IMG/VR virus record: IMGVR_UViG_3300007754_000852
Direction: 5' to 3' (one strand)
DNA length: 64,000 nt
From: a virus
Taxonomy: Duplodnaviria > Caudoviricetes
Shown here: piece after piece, positions 1 to 9,194 of the stretch
How the letters are laid out: the number at the start of each line of letters is the position of its first letter
How positions within the stretch are numbered: position 1 is the stretch's first letter
Notes under the pieces: model-generated
Database searches by the model: none
What the model saw: the letters and a program-made list of their open reading frames with translations, nothing else
What the model was told of the DNA's origin: nothing
Translations under genes and position numbers: made by a program

Positions 1-1
1 C

Positions 2-400
2 TTTAGGATATAAAACGTTATGAGAGAACGGAGCTATTCCAGATGACGCCTTTGGCATTCCCTTTTCTGCAAGGGGTGCAAGATCAAATCTCTGATTGGT
101 TGCAAATGATGCTCTATCAGCCCTTCTGCTAGGATCGGCCCTGACATGGACTTGATTTATCTTTGATACGAAGTCATCGACATCGTCTAGATCATCAAAC
201 ATCTCATCAAAGAACTCATCCTCCTCGTCATCATCAAACTCATATCTCGGAGGTTCGACATAGATTCCGCTTTCTCCAGATATCGGTCTTTCAGATCCCA
301 GTCCGGTTCCCATGCTCGGGATCTTAGACTGAGACTTGCCGTAACCGTGGCCCTGTCTTGAGTCATAGTTTCCAGGATTATAATAGCTCTGTTTAGGCAT
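2..400 (-). CDS. Hypothetical acidic phage protein, partial (runs off window start)
   Basis: Not in ORF track. The ATG at 400 overlaps the upstream stop (TGATG). My translation MPKQSYYNPGNYDSRQGHGYGKSQ...FDDDEEDEFFDEMFDDLDDVDDF...NVLYPK stays open to the window edge. Confidence 0.7.
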   Translation of the reverse strand, partial: MPKQSYYNPGNYDSRQGHGYGKSQSKIPSMGTGLGSERPISGESGIYVEPPRYEFDDDEEDEFFDEMFDDLDDVDDFVSKINQVHVRADPSRRADRASFATNQRFDLAPLAEKGMPKASSGIAPFSHNVLYPK

Positions 401-903
401 CAGCCCTTGCCGTCTGAGCCCTGATATGACCTTCCAGAAATATACTGTCCGATTTTTTGTGACGCTATTCTTCCAGATGTATCAGAAGGTGACGTCTGGC
501 CACCAAGACCAGATCCAAATTCAACACCGCTCTCAGGCAGGTCACCTTCAAAAGGCGCCTGATCGTTTGGAAATACACTACCTGGACCAGGGGATGTGAT
601 GTTTGGAACATACGGTGACGAAGGAAGTCCGCCGCCGCCTGTCTTGACATCACTAAGAACAGGAGTTGGATCATTTGATGTTCCAATGAAGTCCCTGTTA
701 AATGAATTTGTTCCGAGGCCGTTTAGCACCTCACCATTCAATGCCAGGCTTTCATATTCCTCTCTTCTCTCGTCATCGGTGAGGTCACCGCTGTAAATAG
801 GTGATGACGAAAATGACTTCTGCAAGTTATTCTCATTTCTGGCACCTAGCGGGCTCTTTGATGCAGGGGCTGCCTCAACTGTTATCTGCTTAACCTCAGG
901 CAT
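400..903 (-). CDS. Hypothetical G/S/P-rich protein, probably head-associated
   Basis: 167-aa ORF packed tightly in the operon downstream of the prohead protease. Confidence 0.7.
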   Translation of the reverse strand: MPEVKQITVEAAPASKSPLGARNENNLQKSFSSSPIYSGDLTDDERREEYESLALNGEVLNGLGTNSFNRDFIGTSNDPTPVLSDVKTGGGGLPSSPYVPNITSPGPGSVFPNDQAPFEGDLPESGVEFGSGLGGQTSPSDTSGRIASQKIGQYISGRSYQGSDGKG

Positions 904-904
904 C

Positions 905-1168
905 TTATAGATCCTTCATGATCTGCGACTTGATCGCATTTCGAATTCGCCTGACACGCTTTAAGTTTTTGATTAATCTCGCCTCAGCCAATCCTAGCTT
1001 TTTGGCATGGTCAATCTTGTGAGATAGTGTTCCTGCAAGAGAATCAGCATCGACCTCTTTTGCATCGTCAGATGATGCGCCAGGAAGCCCAGACTCTTCT
1101 AACTTTCTCTTTTCATCAAGAACCATCTGCTTTAAAAGATCAGATGTTAGCTTCTTTACAGTTGACAT
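905..1168 (-). CDS. Small hypothetical protein, probably head-associated
   Basis: 87 aa, AGGAG RBS upstream, N-terminal LLKQMVLDE..KLEE helix. Confidence 0.7.
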   Translation of the reverse strand: MSTVKKLTSDLLKQMVLDEKRKLEESGLPGASSDDAKEVDADSLAGTLSHKIDHAKKLGLAEARLIKNLKRVRRIRNAIKSQIMKDL

Positions 1169-1226
1169 GATAATTCTCCTAATATATGCATGAAATACAT
1201 ATTCTAGAATTTAAAAACTATTATGT

Positions 1227-1682
1227 CTACCGTGACTTATTTGTGCTATCTGAAAATGCTAGTGCCGCCCAGTTTCCAGCTGACTCACTAAACAGATCGA
1301 GGGGATCACTCTGTGCTGCAATCATCGAGGCCCTGTCGCTTGTCGGACCAGTTCTCGTTGACGATGCCTGCTCCTGGAGAGTTGTAAGAGCTGTATCTTT
1401 AAATATTGACGCCATGACAGGATCAGATGTCATCGCTGCTGCCGCTGATTCAGCAAGGACTGACTCATCCTGGCTGTCGTCTCTATTTTGACCCCACTCT
1501 ATTCTATCAAGTGACTGTGACCGACCTGACACCTTGGGCTCTTTTATCGTTGTCATCTGTGAACGATCTTCAACACGTGATGTCTGGATGATTGATGTCC
1601 CGCTAAGACCTTCTTGCAATATTTCAACAAGACATTCCTTGACGATTCCCTTTAAGTCACCCTTGCTTAATCTTTTACTCAT
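1227..1682 (-). CDS. Hypothetical protein, probably head/core-associated
   Basis: 151 aa, N-terminus LKGIVKECLVEILQEG, directly downstream of the protease gene. Confidence 0.7.
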   Translation of the reverse strand: MSKRLSKGDLKGIVKECLVEILQEGLSGTSIIQTSRVEDRSQMTTIKEPKVSGRSQSLDRIEWGQNRDDSQDESVLAESAAAAMTSDPVMASIFKDTALTTLQEQASSTRTGPTSDRASMIAAQSDPLDLFSESAGNWAALAFSDSTNKSR

Positions 1683-1687
1683 CTTTT

Positions 1688-3358
1688 CTACCAGGATAAA
1701 ATTTCATTAAAAATTCTATCAATCTTATCCGTCTTAGTAAAAATCCTATCTAGATCTTTTTGATCTATCTTTCTTGATTCACGAAGCATGAAAGCACCGG
1801 GCGTGCTTGGCTCAGATACCATATCAAAGCAGATTAATTGAAAATCTTCCTGGACGATCTGGCTATCTCCTTGCTGTCTTGTAGACCCTACACCTCTAGA
1901 TGAAATACCCAGAGTCACGCCAGATTCAACCAGGCTCTGTAAGATCTTTCCACTGGGTGTGTTAAGTAGCTCAATTGATCCAACAACGGCGTCACCTTCC
2001 ATCCTTGCCTCACGAATAATGTGAGATGCATTTTTTAACTCAACAACACTATGTTCTGGATGATCACAGTTACCTGTCCAAAATTGCTTGCCGTTTCTTC
2101 GTGCCATCCAGTTTCCATTAGGTGTTGTAACACAGTAAACATTGCTATCATGATCAACTTCATCAATTTTCATGAATCTTAGGTCTAGACCAATGTGCTT
2201 TGCATGATTTTCAGATATCAGCCACATTGGCTTTGAATTCTCAGCAAGAATCATCCTTCCAGGCTCAATCTCTCTATCTTTTTGTAAATATGATCTCGTG
2301 TTGCTTCCAACTCCAAGCTTCATAAATAACTCACTCACATCTTGAGCAAGCTCAGGAGATGTAGTGCAATACTCTCTAACAAGCCTTCCTCTAATTACTC
2401 TATTTCTTCCATCACCTATCAAAAGCCACGTCATCAATGTTTCAAGATGCTCTTTAGACCACTCTAGAATCTCATCCGGTATTCTCTTTTGTGAACTATG
2501 CCCTAGCTCATAAAGATAGCTGTGCAAGCCTTTATGAGAGCATGTAAAGTCAATTGTTTCACCGTCTGCTCTAGCACATTCTCTCCACTCTAGCGGCATA
2601 TCCCTAAGAAGATCACGAATCATCTTTACGTTCTCTGCCTTCTTTTGTGTTATCTGCACCTTATTAGAAGAAGAATAACCACTCTTTGTTCCAGCTGCAC
2701 AGCCTTCAGAAATGTATATTCCCATAAAGCCCGCCCAGACGTGAGGATCGACATTTAAGTCAGTTCCAGGTATGTTATATATCTCTGGAGTTTCTCCAAC
2801 CCATTCTGACCTGAAGCTTAAACCGCAGTGTGATAACCAGCTTGATTCCTCATTATACAGATCATAAACTGACTGTGCTGTCATATACGTCGGCTTATTG
2901 TTCCTGTCATATAACAGCACCTTGTGGTCAGGCGTTAACTTCATATCAAGAGATCTAGCATTGTAAAAATGAAGCATTTTTCCACTATAGTGCTTATTTG
3001 TAATGTGAAGTATCTCTTGTTCTTTTAGCTCATTTGTTTCTGTATTTAATGTAAATACTCTATCATCTGGTCTTAGGTCTTTGAAGTTTAACCAGCCTCT
3101 CTTTGTAAAAATTTGAGTCTCTTCATCGACGCACTCACCCAAGGCCCTATTTTCCTTAATAAATTTTTGATAATTAAGAATCTCTCTCTCAAGAATCGAT
3201 ATAGGATATATCCTTCCGTTTTGGTTTACCGTATTTGCACGTTGCAAAACGCCCTTTAAAACAACCTTTCCGCCATTTCTATCTCTTGACTCTTTAATTG
3301 TCTGTGCACTATACTGTAGCGGAGTCCACTCAGTAAGAAGCTGTAGCTTATTTTCCAT
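1688..3358 (-). CDS. gp21: Prohead core protease (T4 gp21-like) precursor containing one intein; mature protein 201 aa
   Basis: The spliced sequence carries the gp21 motifs GVLQRANTVNQNGRIYP, RALGE|CDHP (catalytic His), LGISSRGVGS (catalytic Ser) and DMVSEPSTPGA. Confidence 0.92.
   Translation of the reverse strand: MENKLQLLTEWTPLQYSAQTIKESRDRNGGKVVLKGVLQRANTVNQNGRIYPISILEREILNYQKFIKENRALGECVDEETQIFTKRGWLNFKDLRPDDRVFTLNTETNELKEQEILHITNKHYSGKMLHFYNARSLDMKLTPDHKVLLYDRNNKPTYMTAQSVYDLYNEESSWLSHCGLSFRSEWVGETPEIYNIPGTDLNVDPHVWAGFMGIYISEGCAAGTKSGYSSSNKVQITQKKAENVKMIRDLLRDMPLEWRECARADGETIDFTCSHKGLHSYLYELGHSSQKRIPDEILEWSKEHLETLMTWLLIGDGRNRVIRGRLVREYCTTSPELAQDVSELFMKLGVGSNTRSYLQKDREIEPGRMILAENSKPMWLISENHAKHIGLDLRFMKIDEVDHDSNVYCVTTPNGNWMARRNGKQFWTGNCDHPEHSVVELKNASHIIREARMEGDAVVGSIELLNTPSGKILQSLVESGVTLGISSRGVGSTRQQGDSQIVQEDFQLICFDMVSEPSTPGAFMLRESRKIDQKDLDRIFTKTDKIDRIFNEILSW
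2069..3133 (-). mobile_element. Intein (355 aa) with LAGLIDADG homing endonuclease in the prohead protease
   Basis: Starts CVDEETQIFTKRGW, block B LTPDHKV, LAGLIDADG-like motifs FMGIYISEG and LLIGDG, ends VYCVTTPNGNWMARRNGKQFWTGN, +1 residue is Cys. Confidence 0.93.
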
Positions 3359-4208
3359 TTAATTCCTCTACTATCTCATTCTTTAGCTGTGATATGACTA
3401 GGAATCTAGATATCACCTCATCAGAAACAGATTCTGTCTGTTCAGAACTAACCTTATCACTAACTGCATCGATCTTTTCAAGGATTGTATTATTATCTGT
3501 GCTACGCTTAAGCCTATCAAGCTCACTAATCGTGTTGCTTTTAATCTCTAATAGCGTCTCACTTATTGACATACCGTTCCACCCGCTCTCAGATGAAAAC
3601 ACATATGACCTAATCAATGTCTTCTGATCGTTACTTAAAGAGCCGCCGTATCTCTTGTTGAACTTTTCTGTCATCAGCTTAATAACTAGCTCATCCACAT
3701 CGTTATTAATATTTTCCTCAATTGACTTCTCGACCTTTTCTGACAACAGCCACTCAACAACCTTTGACTCAAATTGAACAACCTTTGACAGATCTGATCT
3801 ATCGCTTTTCCTCCACTCATTTAATAACGTCTGAATTGTGGCATACGTCGTATACTCTGGAATTCTCCTGTGATAGAAGCTCTTATCGTCTAACGTGTGA
3901 TTGATATCCCTTATGAGCATTGACTTCTCACGATCAAGACGCTTAGTGTTGCATCTTCTTGCAGCATACTTGGCCTCTGTTAGGATGCTTGCTGCAACAG
4001 GTGTGTCACTAACAGTCGTCTTTGCAAGCGCGTTAAACAGCCTGAATTCCTTATATAGCTCCGTTGACTTGTGGAACCTTCTCTCAATTATATCAAGGGC
4101 CGTCTTTGCCGCTGCCTTGTCGCCTCTGATCAGTGAGTCAGATATGTTTCTGAGAAGAAGCTCATATATTATTCCGATGTTTCTCTTCTTATTATGAGAT
4201 CTTGCCAT
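3348..4208 (-). CDS. Conserved hypothetical protein between portal and protease
   Basis: 286 aa, helical, AGGAGG RBS. The N-terminus HNKKRNIGIIYELLLR resembles a protein I recall next to portal genes in large environmental phages (unchecked). Confidence 0.7.
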   Translation of the reverse strand: MARSHNKKRNIGIIYELLLRNISDSLIRGDKAAAKTALDIIERRFHKSTELYKEFRLFNALAKTTVSDTPVAASILTEAKYAARRCNTKRLDREKSMLIRDINHTLDDKSFYHRRIPEYTTYATIQTLLNEWRKSDRSDLSKVVQFESKVVEWLLSEKVEKSIEENINNDVDELVIKLMTEKFNKRYGGSLSNDQKTLIRSYVFSSESGWNGMSISETLLEIKSNTISELDRLKRSTDNNTILEKIDAVSDKVSSEQTESVSDEVISRFLVISQLKNEIVEELNGK

Positions 4209-4215
4209 TTTGGAA

Positions 4216-7200
4216 TCAATCCTCCTCTGATGAATTATCGTTCTCAGAGATCACCCTTCTACGATTACTTATGGTGTTCCCAAGAGATTTTAATGACGAC
4301 CTTACGTCTGATGTCATTTTATTCTGCGTTTCTATCTTATCATCTATCATGTCCATAAACTCTGCATCATCCATCTCAGACAGGGTGGGAATTGAAACCC
4401 TCACAAGTCCTCTGAGGTCTGATCTGTCTTGATATCTCTTTTGTTTCATCCCAAATGGGTGTGTGATTGAGTCAGATGCGTTATTTCTGTCATGTGAAAC
4501 GATCCGAGAATGATCTGTGTCATTATTGTTTCTACCTCTTCTACGTTTTCTCTTCTCATCCTCAACTTCAGCCGGTGTCTTATCGTCGTCGTCATCATCG
4601 TCATCAACAACCTCAGAGAGCCTATCAACCGTTCCCTGTGCTGTTATCGGAGATGTCTCATCCCTAATTGATAGAGAGCCAAGATCAATCTCGTCGAACT
4701 CCCTGACTCCAGAAGATGTTAGAAGGTCAAGTCCAGAGCTATTTCTGTCATCTCCCGCAAGGGCTAGATCAGCTACGGCAGGCTCCTCATCTTCAGGCTC
4801 CTCAGATTCTGGACCCATTGCTAGCTCATCTGCTCCCTCTGGCTCATCACCAGGTAGGTGGACAGCCTCGACCTTGAGATCCATCAGCCTGTCACCGAAC
4901 CTTCCCTTGGAGATCTTATCTATCTCATCGTCTGTCATGTTAAAGATGTTTCTTCTTAACCACTCTCTGTCAACAAGCCCTTCTATTCCGGATGCTGACC
5001 CTGCGATCTCGAATCTTGACCTAAACAGCTCTAGCTTCTGCTGCTGTGCGATAGTGCTTGGGTTAGATAGCTGTAATGTGAAATCTAGAAGATCCTCACC
5101 CTCAAACCCATTGCAGAACAGGTGAATGATAGCTATCTTATTCATCTCTGCAATTATTGTTCTCTGGATTCTTGCAATGGTTCTTGAAAAACGTATGTCT
5201 TCTTGAGAGTTATGAACAAATATTTCTGCAGCGAGAGCAAAGTTATGATGTGTGTCAACAGTTATGTCATAAACCAACTCTGGCTCATCTAGCTTTACTA
5301 TCTCAATATTTGCAATCTTATGGTTGGAATTAATGTTATCTTCTAATAAATTGTCTTCACAATGTGTCATCGGGCTTTCACCAATACTTAAGTCCTCTGC
5401 ATTTGTGTATAGACCATCTTTCATTAAAAACGGGTGATTATCTGTGCATTCAACAATTTTGCCATTGTCGAGTGTAACTCTATAAAGCTCAGTGACCTCT
5501 TTTGTAGCCCACGCGTTTGTGATATTTCCGAATGTTGTTCTCTTATTATCATGATCATATGAATAAACTTTTAACTTTTTGCCATCATTAAATTCATTTA
5601 CAATATCCAGAATAGAAAGTTTTCTTCCGTCAACAAGGCATATTTCTGTATTTCCTCTCAGGCATAGTGTTGCCTTTGCACCCAGGCCTTCATCATAGCC
5701 TAGATATGCCTTAGGAATCTTTAACGCTGCAAATAGCTTCTTCTGGATGTATTCGACGTCCTCGATAGCTGTTGCATTTGCCCCGCCGGCAAGTGTATCG
5801 ATCTTGGTGCCTGACTCTCCGCCGCGAACGGGAAGATAATAATCCTCATCGACCGAATTCTTAATAAAAACCCCAGATTCTATTCTCTGATCATCAGAAA
5901 AGCATCTAGAATCGCCCGGAGTTGCAAAGTTATGGTAACCTTCAATTGTTACTGCACCTACATTCTCAGTATGATCTAGAACCTCTACACATACAACTTT
6001 ATGATTAGCATACGAAGCAGCTTGTTTCATCTCAGATCGTGTTTTTCCAGACATCCACGTCCAGTAACAATCTTGTGAGCAAAATGTTTTATAGCTCTTT
6101 ATATCTGTATCACAGCCCCGGCATGCAGAATTTGGCTTATTAAATTTTCCGCCAGATAGATAGGTTGTATCAAATGATTTACCAGTATACCCGTGCGACT
6201 GCAGTATTCTCATAAAATCATATCGACTTATTCCAAAATGCCTGATTATGTCATTTCTAGAAATGTTTATACTGTTACTAGCATATATTTCTATTTCTTT
6301 CCAAGGGGCACGTAATGAAGCATAATAATCTTTTACTTCTCTTAGATTCTTGAACCCATTTTTTCTAAGTTGCTGTATGAATTGACCTTTTGACAATTTA
6401 TCATTAAATCCATTTTCAAAATTTTCATTCAGAGACCTAAGATAAGAAGTAAAATTATTGTCATTATTTAACCAGGTTCTTACCTCATATTCTCTAGCAG
6501 ACGTTGTTAGTTCATTTAATGCTTGGATTACATGGTGAATTAATTCAGAATTTGTTTTAAGAGTTAGAGCATTTACTCTTTTTTCTCTTATTTCACTATT
6601 TTGCCACATCTTTGTATAAATTTCTGGATTTAGCTTTCCAGCTTCCCAAAGATTGATCATGTTTTTTCTAGATGCTTTTCTTCCAGCGGACGACTTGTTT
6701 CTCTCTACGCAGTAATCTCCGTGAATCTTGTGATGTTCTTTCCATGTGCATGGATGCAAGTTATTAGGAGAGTTATTTGTTTTATCGAAATCTACATGAT
6801 GAACAACTTTTCCTTTAATTGCTTCAAAACCAGATTCAGCTATTATATTTGCTCGATGTGTATAAACATAATTTTGTGAATATGGATCATAGATCATTTC
6901 ATATCCATCAATTACTCGCTTATCATCACCTTTCTTTGACCAGCGCTTGTATAGTGGCATCAATGCATCATTTTCGCTTAGATTCTGTGCTTCACAGTAT
7001 TCTCCATTACGAAGCATGAATTTATGATCAGGAGTTACATCAAGCCATTTATTGTTATCTAAATGAACCCTTACTAATTTTGCATTTTCTTTTGTTATCC
7101 CCGCCCACATTACGCGGCCAGGAGCTAATTTCTTTCCATCGCGATCAATAGAATATACCCATTGATCTTTTTGGCCGTTACTTCTTTCTTCAATTAGATC

Positions 7201-9180
7201 TCCAAGAGTAATGTTTCGTCCATCTTGCAGGAATAGAAGTGTGTTCAATGAGTTACAAAGCGGGTTGTAGCGCAAATCGACGCGCCCTGTGTCCTTGTCC
7301 ACAACAGACGCCTTCTTTAGTGTCGACTGCACCTGCTCCATGTATGTGGGAATATCCTCTGGTGGGACATTTCCAACATCAACGTAGAAGACTCTTCTCT
7401 CAGGAGACCTAACGATCCTGTACACGAGCATCGCATCCTCAACAAGAATTAGCTGTCTCCAGATCCTTCTTGCAGACTCTAAAACAGACGACCCGTAAGG
7501 AAGAAATGCATCATTTCCTAATAGTCTCATGTGTGAGACCTGCCAGTTCTCCAGCGCCTGGTTTCCCTGGGTTATCCACCTGAATCTGACAGCTAGTGGG
7601 TCATCAGGATCATATCCCTCCTCCCTCTCGACCTCATTCACAGGCATCGGATATGCGTTGATAACACCGTGCTCAGGTGACACGTCATTAAAGAGAAAGA
7701 AGTCACCGTACTTGACAAGGCTCCTAACCCATGACGTCATGTTAAACTCAACATTCAAAGTATCGTAGAACAGCTCATGTAGTAGCTTCTTAATCGTCTG
7801 GTTGTCTGAGTGGATGTGTAGAACGTTTCCATGTTCATCTGCAGCAATTGACTCCTCAGAGTAGATATCCAGAGCTGAACTCACCTCCGGTGTGTACTCC
7901 ATTTCGCTGTTTGAAACAAAACACATCTCCTTTTTTGTACTTGTGTCACAGACAGCAAAATTGTGTGTTTTTGTTACAGTTATGTCAAATACCGGCTCTA
8001 CTATGTGTGTATTAACTACATTTATGATCTTATGATTAACATACAATGATTCAAAATCATCAAATGACTTATATCCTTCCCATTTTAATCTATTTAAAAC
8101 TTTATACTTAGATTGGTTAAGCTTTTTAGACAAAACCGTCAGTGTATCACCAGAAACATATTCATCATAAATATTTTGAGCTGTAAAAGATCTATCTGCA
8201 TTTGCATTTTGTAACGCTTTTTGATCTTGCCTGCCTTTGTTTCCTGTACCGGGGGGGTTTGTTTTATTTCTAAGGATCGTTTCTGCAACATTTTTTCTAT
8301 AACCGTCAGTTAGCTTTCTTTTCGCAAGATTTTCTTTTTGATTTTTACGAAGATCTCCTTCAAGAGACCATCTTAGTGTCATATGGCTAGATTGCTTTTC
8401 TCTTTCTTTCGGATCTTCAAATCTTTTATTGTTGATTCTTGCATGCAATGCTAGGTGTTCCTTAGCATCCATTAGCTCAAGATTCTCTATTCTATTGTCT
8501 TCTTTTATAAAATTCTTATGATGAACATGTAATCCATCGGCCTTTTCTATTGAACGATTATTTGAATATTCTGCAACCAATACGTGCTCTGGCTTCCACC
8601 CCCTTGAAAAACCGTAAACCCAGCGATAATTTCCACCAGTTCTTTTAGAATCAAACTTCTTCCTGTAGAATGGCATAACAGCTGTATTGGGCTGGATCGC
8701 ATCTGTTCGACAATACTCACCATTACGAAGCATAATCGGATGATTTCCCGTACATCTAAGTGTAGTACCATTATCAAACGTTATTTCGTATATTTCATCT
8801 TCTACGGTTTGCCAGGCATTTTCTACAGGAGCTAATACAGTTGAATCTGTTTCTTTATCATATGAAAAGACACATACTGTTTCTCCATTTTCAAACTTAG
8901 ATACAATATCTCGAATAGAGATTACACCTTCTTCAGTATTTGTTGCTATTAAAGTATCACCAGTCAAACAAAAATCCGAATACCTCGCCATTCTATCATA
9001 CGTGCCATACGCAGACATTGCAGTGCTGTACACGTGACTCTGATTTCTTCGAAACATGTCAAATGCTGACGAGGTGCCGCTTCCGCTTTCAAAGTCCTTC
9101 ACCCTTCTCTTGATTACAGGGCCGCTTCTAAATAGAAGTGTTAGCCTTCTAAATAGACTCTGTGAATTTTTATCAGCCAT
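4216..9180 (-). CDS. gp20: Portal vertex protein (T4 gp20-like) precursor with three inteins; mature protein about 681 aa
   Basis: The exteins carry gp20 motifs EMEYTPEVSSALDIYSEE, LILVEDAMLVYRIVRSPERRVFYVDVGNVPP, EDYYLPVRGGESGTKIDTLAGG, EDVEYIQKKLFAALKIPKAYL and QEDIRFSRTIARIQ. Confidence 0.95.
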   Translation of the reverse strand: MADKNSQSLFRRLTLLFRSGPVIKRRVKDFESGSGTSSAFDMFRRNQSHVYSTAMSAYGTYDRMARYSDFCLTGDTLIATNTEEGVISIRDIVSKFENGETVCVFSYDKETDSTVLAPVENAWQTVEDEIYEITFDNGTTLRCTGNHPIMLRNGEYCRTDAIQPNTAVMPFYRKKFDSKRTGGNYRWVYGFSRGWKPEHVLVAEYSNNRSIEKADGLHVHHKNFIKEDNRIENLELMDAKEHLALHARINNKRFEDPKEREKQSSHMTLRWSLEGDLRKNQKENLAKRKLTDGYRKNVAETILRNKTNPPGTGNKGRQDQKALQNANADRSFTAQNIYDEYVSGDTLTVLSKKLNQSKYKVLNRLKWEGYKSFDDFESLYVNHKIINVVNTHIVEPVFDITVTKTHNFAVCDTSTKKEMCFVSNSEMEYTPEVSSALDIYSEESIAADEHGNVLHIHSDNQTIKKLLHELFYDTLNVEFNMTSWVRSLVKYGDFFLFNDVSPEHGVINAYPMPVNEVEREEGYDPDDPLAVRFRWITQGNQALENWQVSHMRLLGNDAFLPYGSSVLESARRIWRQLILVEDAMLVYRIVRSPERRVFYVDVGNVPPEDIPTYMEQVQSTLKKASVVDKDTGRVDLRYNPLCNSLNTLLFLQDGRNITLGDLIEERSNGQKDQWVYSIDRDGKKLAPGRVMWAGITKENAKLVRVHLDNNKWLDVTPDHKFMLRNGEYCEAQNLSENDALMPLYKRWSKKGDDKRVIDGYEMIYDPYSQNYVYTHRANIIAESGFEAIKGKVVHHVDFDKTNNSPNNLHPCTWKEHHKIHGDYCVERNKSSAGRKASRKNMINLWEAGKLNPEIYTKMWQNSEIREKRVNALTLKTNSELIHHVIQALNELTTSAREYEVRTWLNNDNNFTSYLRSLNENFENGFNDKLSKGQFIQQLRKNGFKNLREVKDYYASLRAPWKEIEIYASNSINISRNDIIRHFGISRYDFMRILQSHGYTGKSFDTTYLSGGKFNKPNSACRGCDTDIKSYKTFCSQDCYWTWMSGKTRSEMKQAASYANHKVVCVEVLDHTENVGAVTIEGYHNFATPGDSRCFSDDQRIESGVFIKNSVDEDYYLPVRGGESGTKIDTLAGGANATAIEDVEYIQKKLFAALKIPKAYLGYDEGLGAKATLCLRGNTEICLVDGRKLSILDIVNEFNDGKKLKVYSYDHDNKRTTFGNITNAWATKEVTELYRVTLDNGKIVECTDNHPFLMKDGLYTNAEDLSIGESPMTHCEDNLLEDNINSNHKIANIEIVKLDEPELVYDITVDTHHNFALAAEIFVHNSQEDIRFSRTIARIQRTIIAEMNKIAIIHLFCNGFEGEDLLDFTLQLSNPSTIAQQQKLELFRSRFEIAGSASGIEGLVDREWLRRNIFNMTDDEIDKISKGRFGDRLMDLKVEAVHLPGDEPEGADELAMGPESEEPEDEEPAVADLALAGDDRNSSGLDLLTSSGVREFDEIDLGSLSIRDETSPITAQGTVDRLSEVVDDDDDDDDKTPAEVEDEKRKRRRGRNNNDTDHSRIVSHDRNNASDSITHPFGMKQKRYQDRSDLRGLVRVSIPTLSEMDDAEFMDMIDDKIETQNKMTSDVRSSLKSLGNTISNRRRVISENDNSSEED
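5209..5664 (-). mobile_element. Portal intein 3, mini-intein (152 aa) with no endonuclease
   Basis: KATL|CLRGNT ... CTDNHPF ... VYDITVDTHHNFALAAEIFVHN|SQEDIRF. Confidence 0.93.
5857..7257 (-). mobile_element. Portal intein 2 (467 aa) with HNH endonuclease and a Cys4 zinc-finger-like motif
   Basis: YNPL|CNSLNT ... block B VTPDHKF, HNH motif VVHHVDFDKTNNSPNNL, CRGC..FCSQDC, ends VTIEGYHNFA...VFIKN|SVDEDY. Confidence 0.9.
7909..8970 (-). mobile_element. Portal intein 1 (354 aa) with HNH endonuclease
   Basis: YSDF|CLTGDT ... block B CTGNHPI, HNH motif HVHHKNFIKEDNRIENL, ends VFDITVTKTHNFAV...FVSN|SEMEY. Confidence 0.93.
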
Positions 9181-9194
9181 CTATGTCCCTCTCT

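Noticed and set aside
4520-4605. GTC/ATC trinucleotide run as a functional microsatellite
   Set aside because: It is imperfect and simply encodes the poly-Asp stretch of the portal tail.
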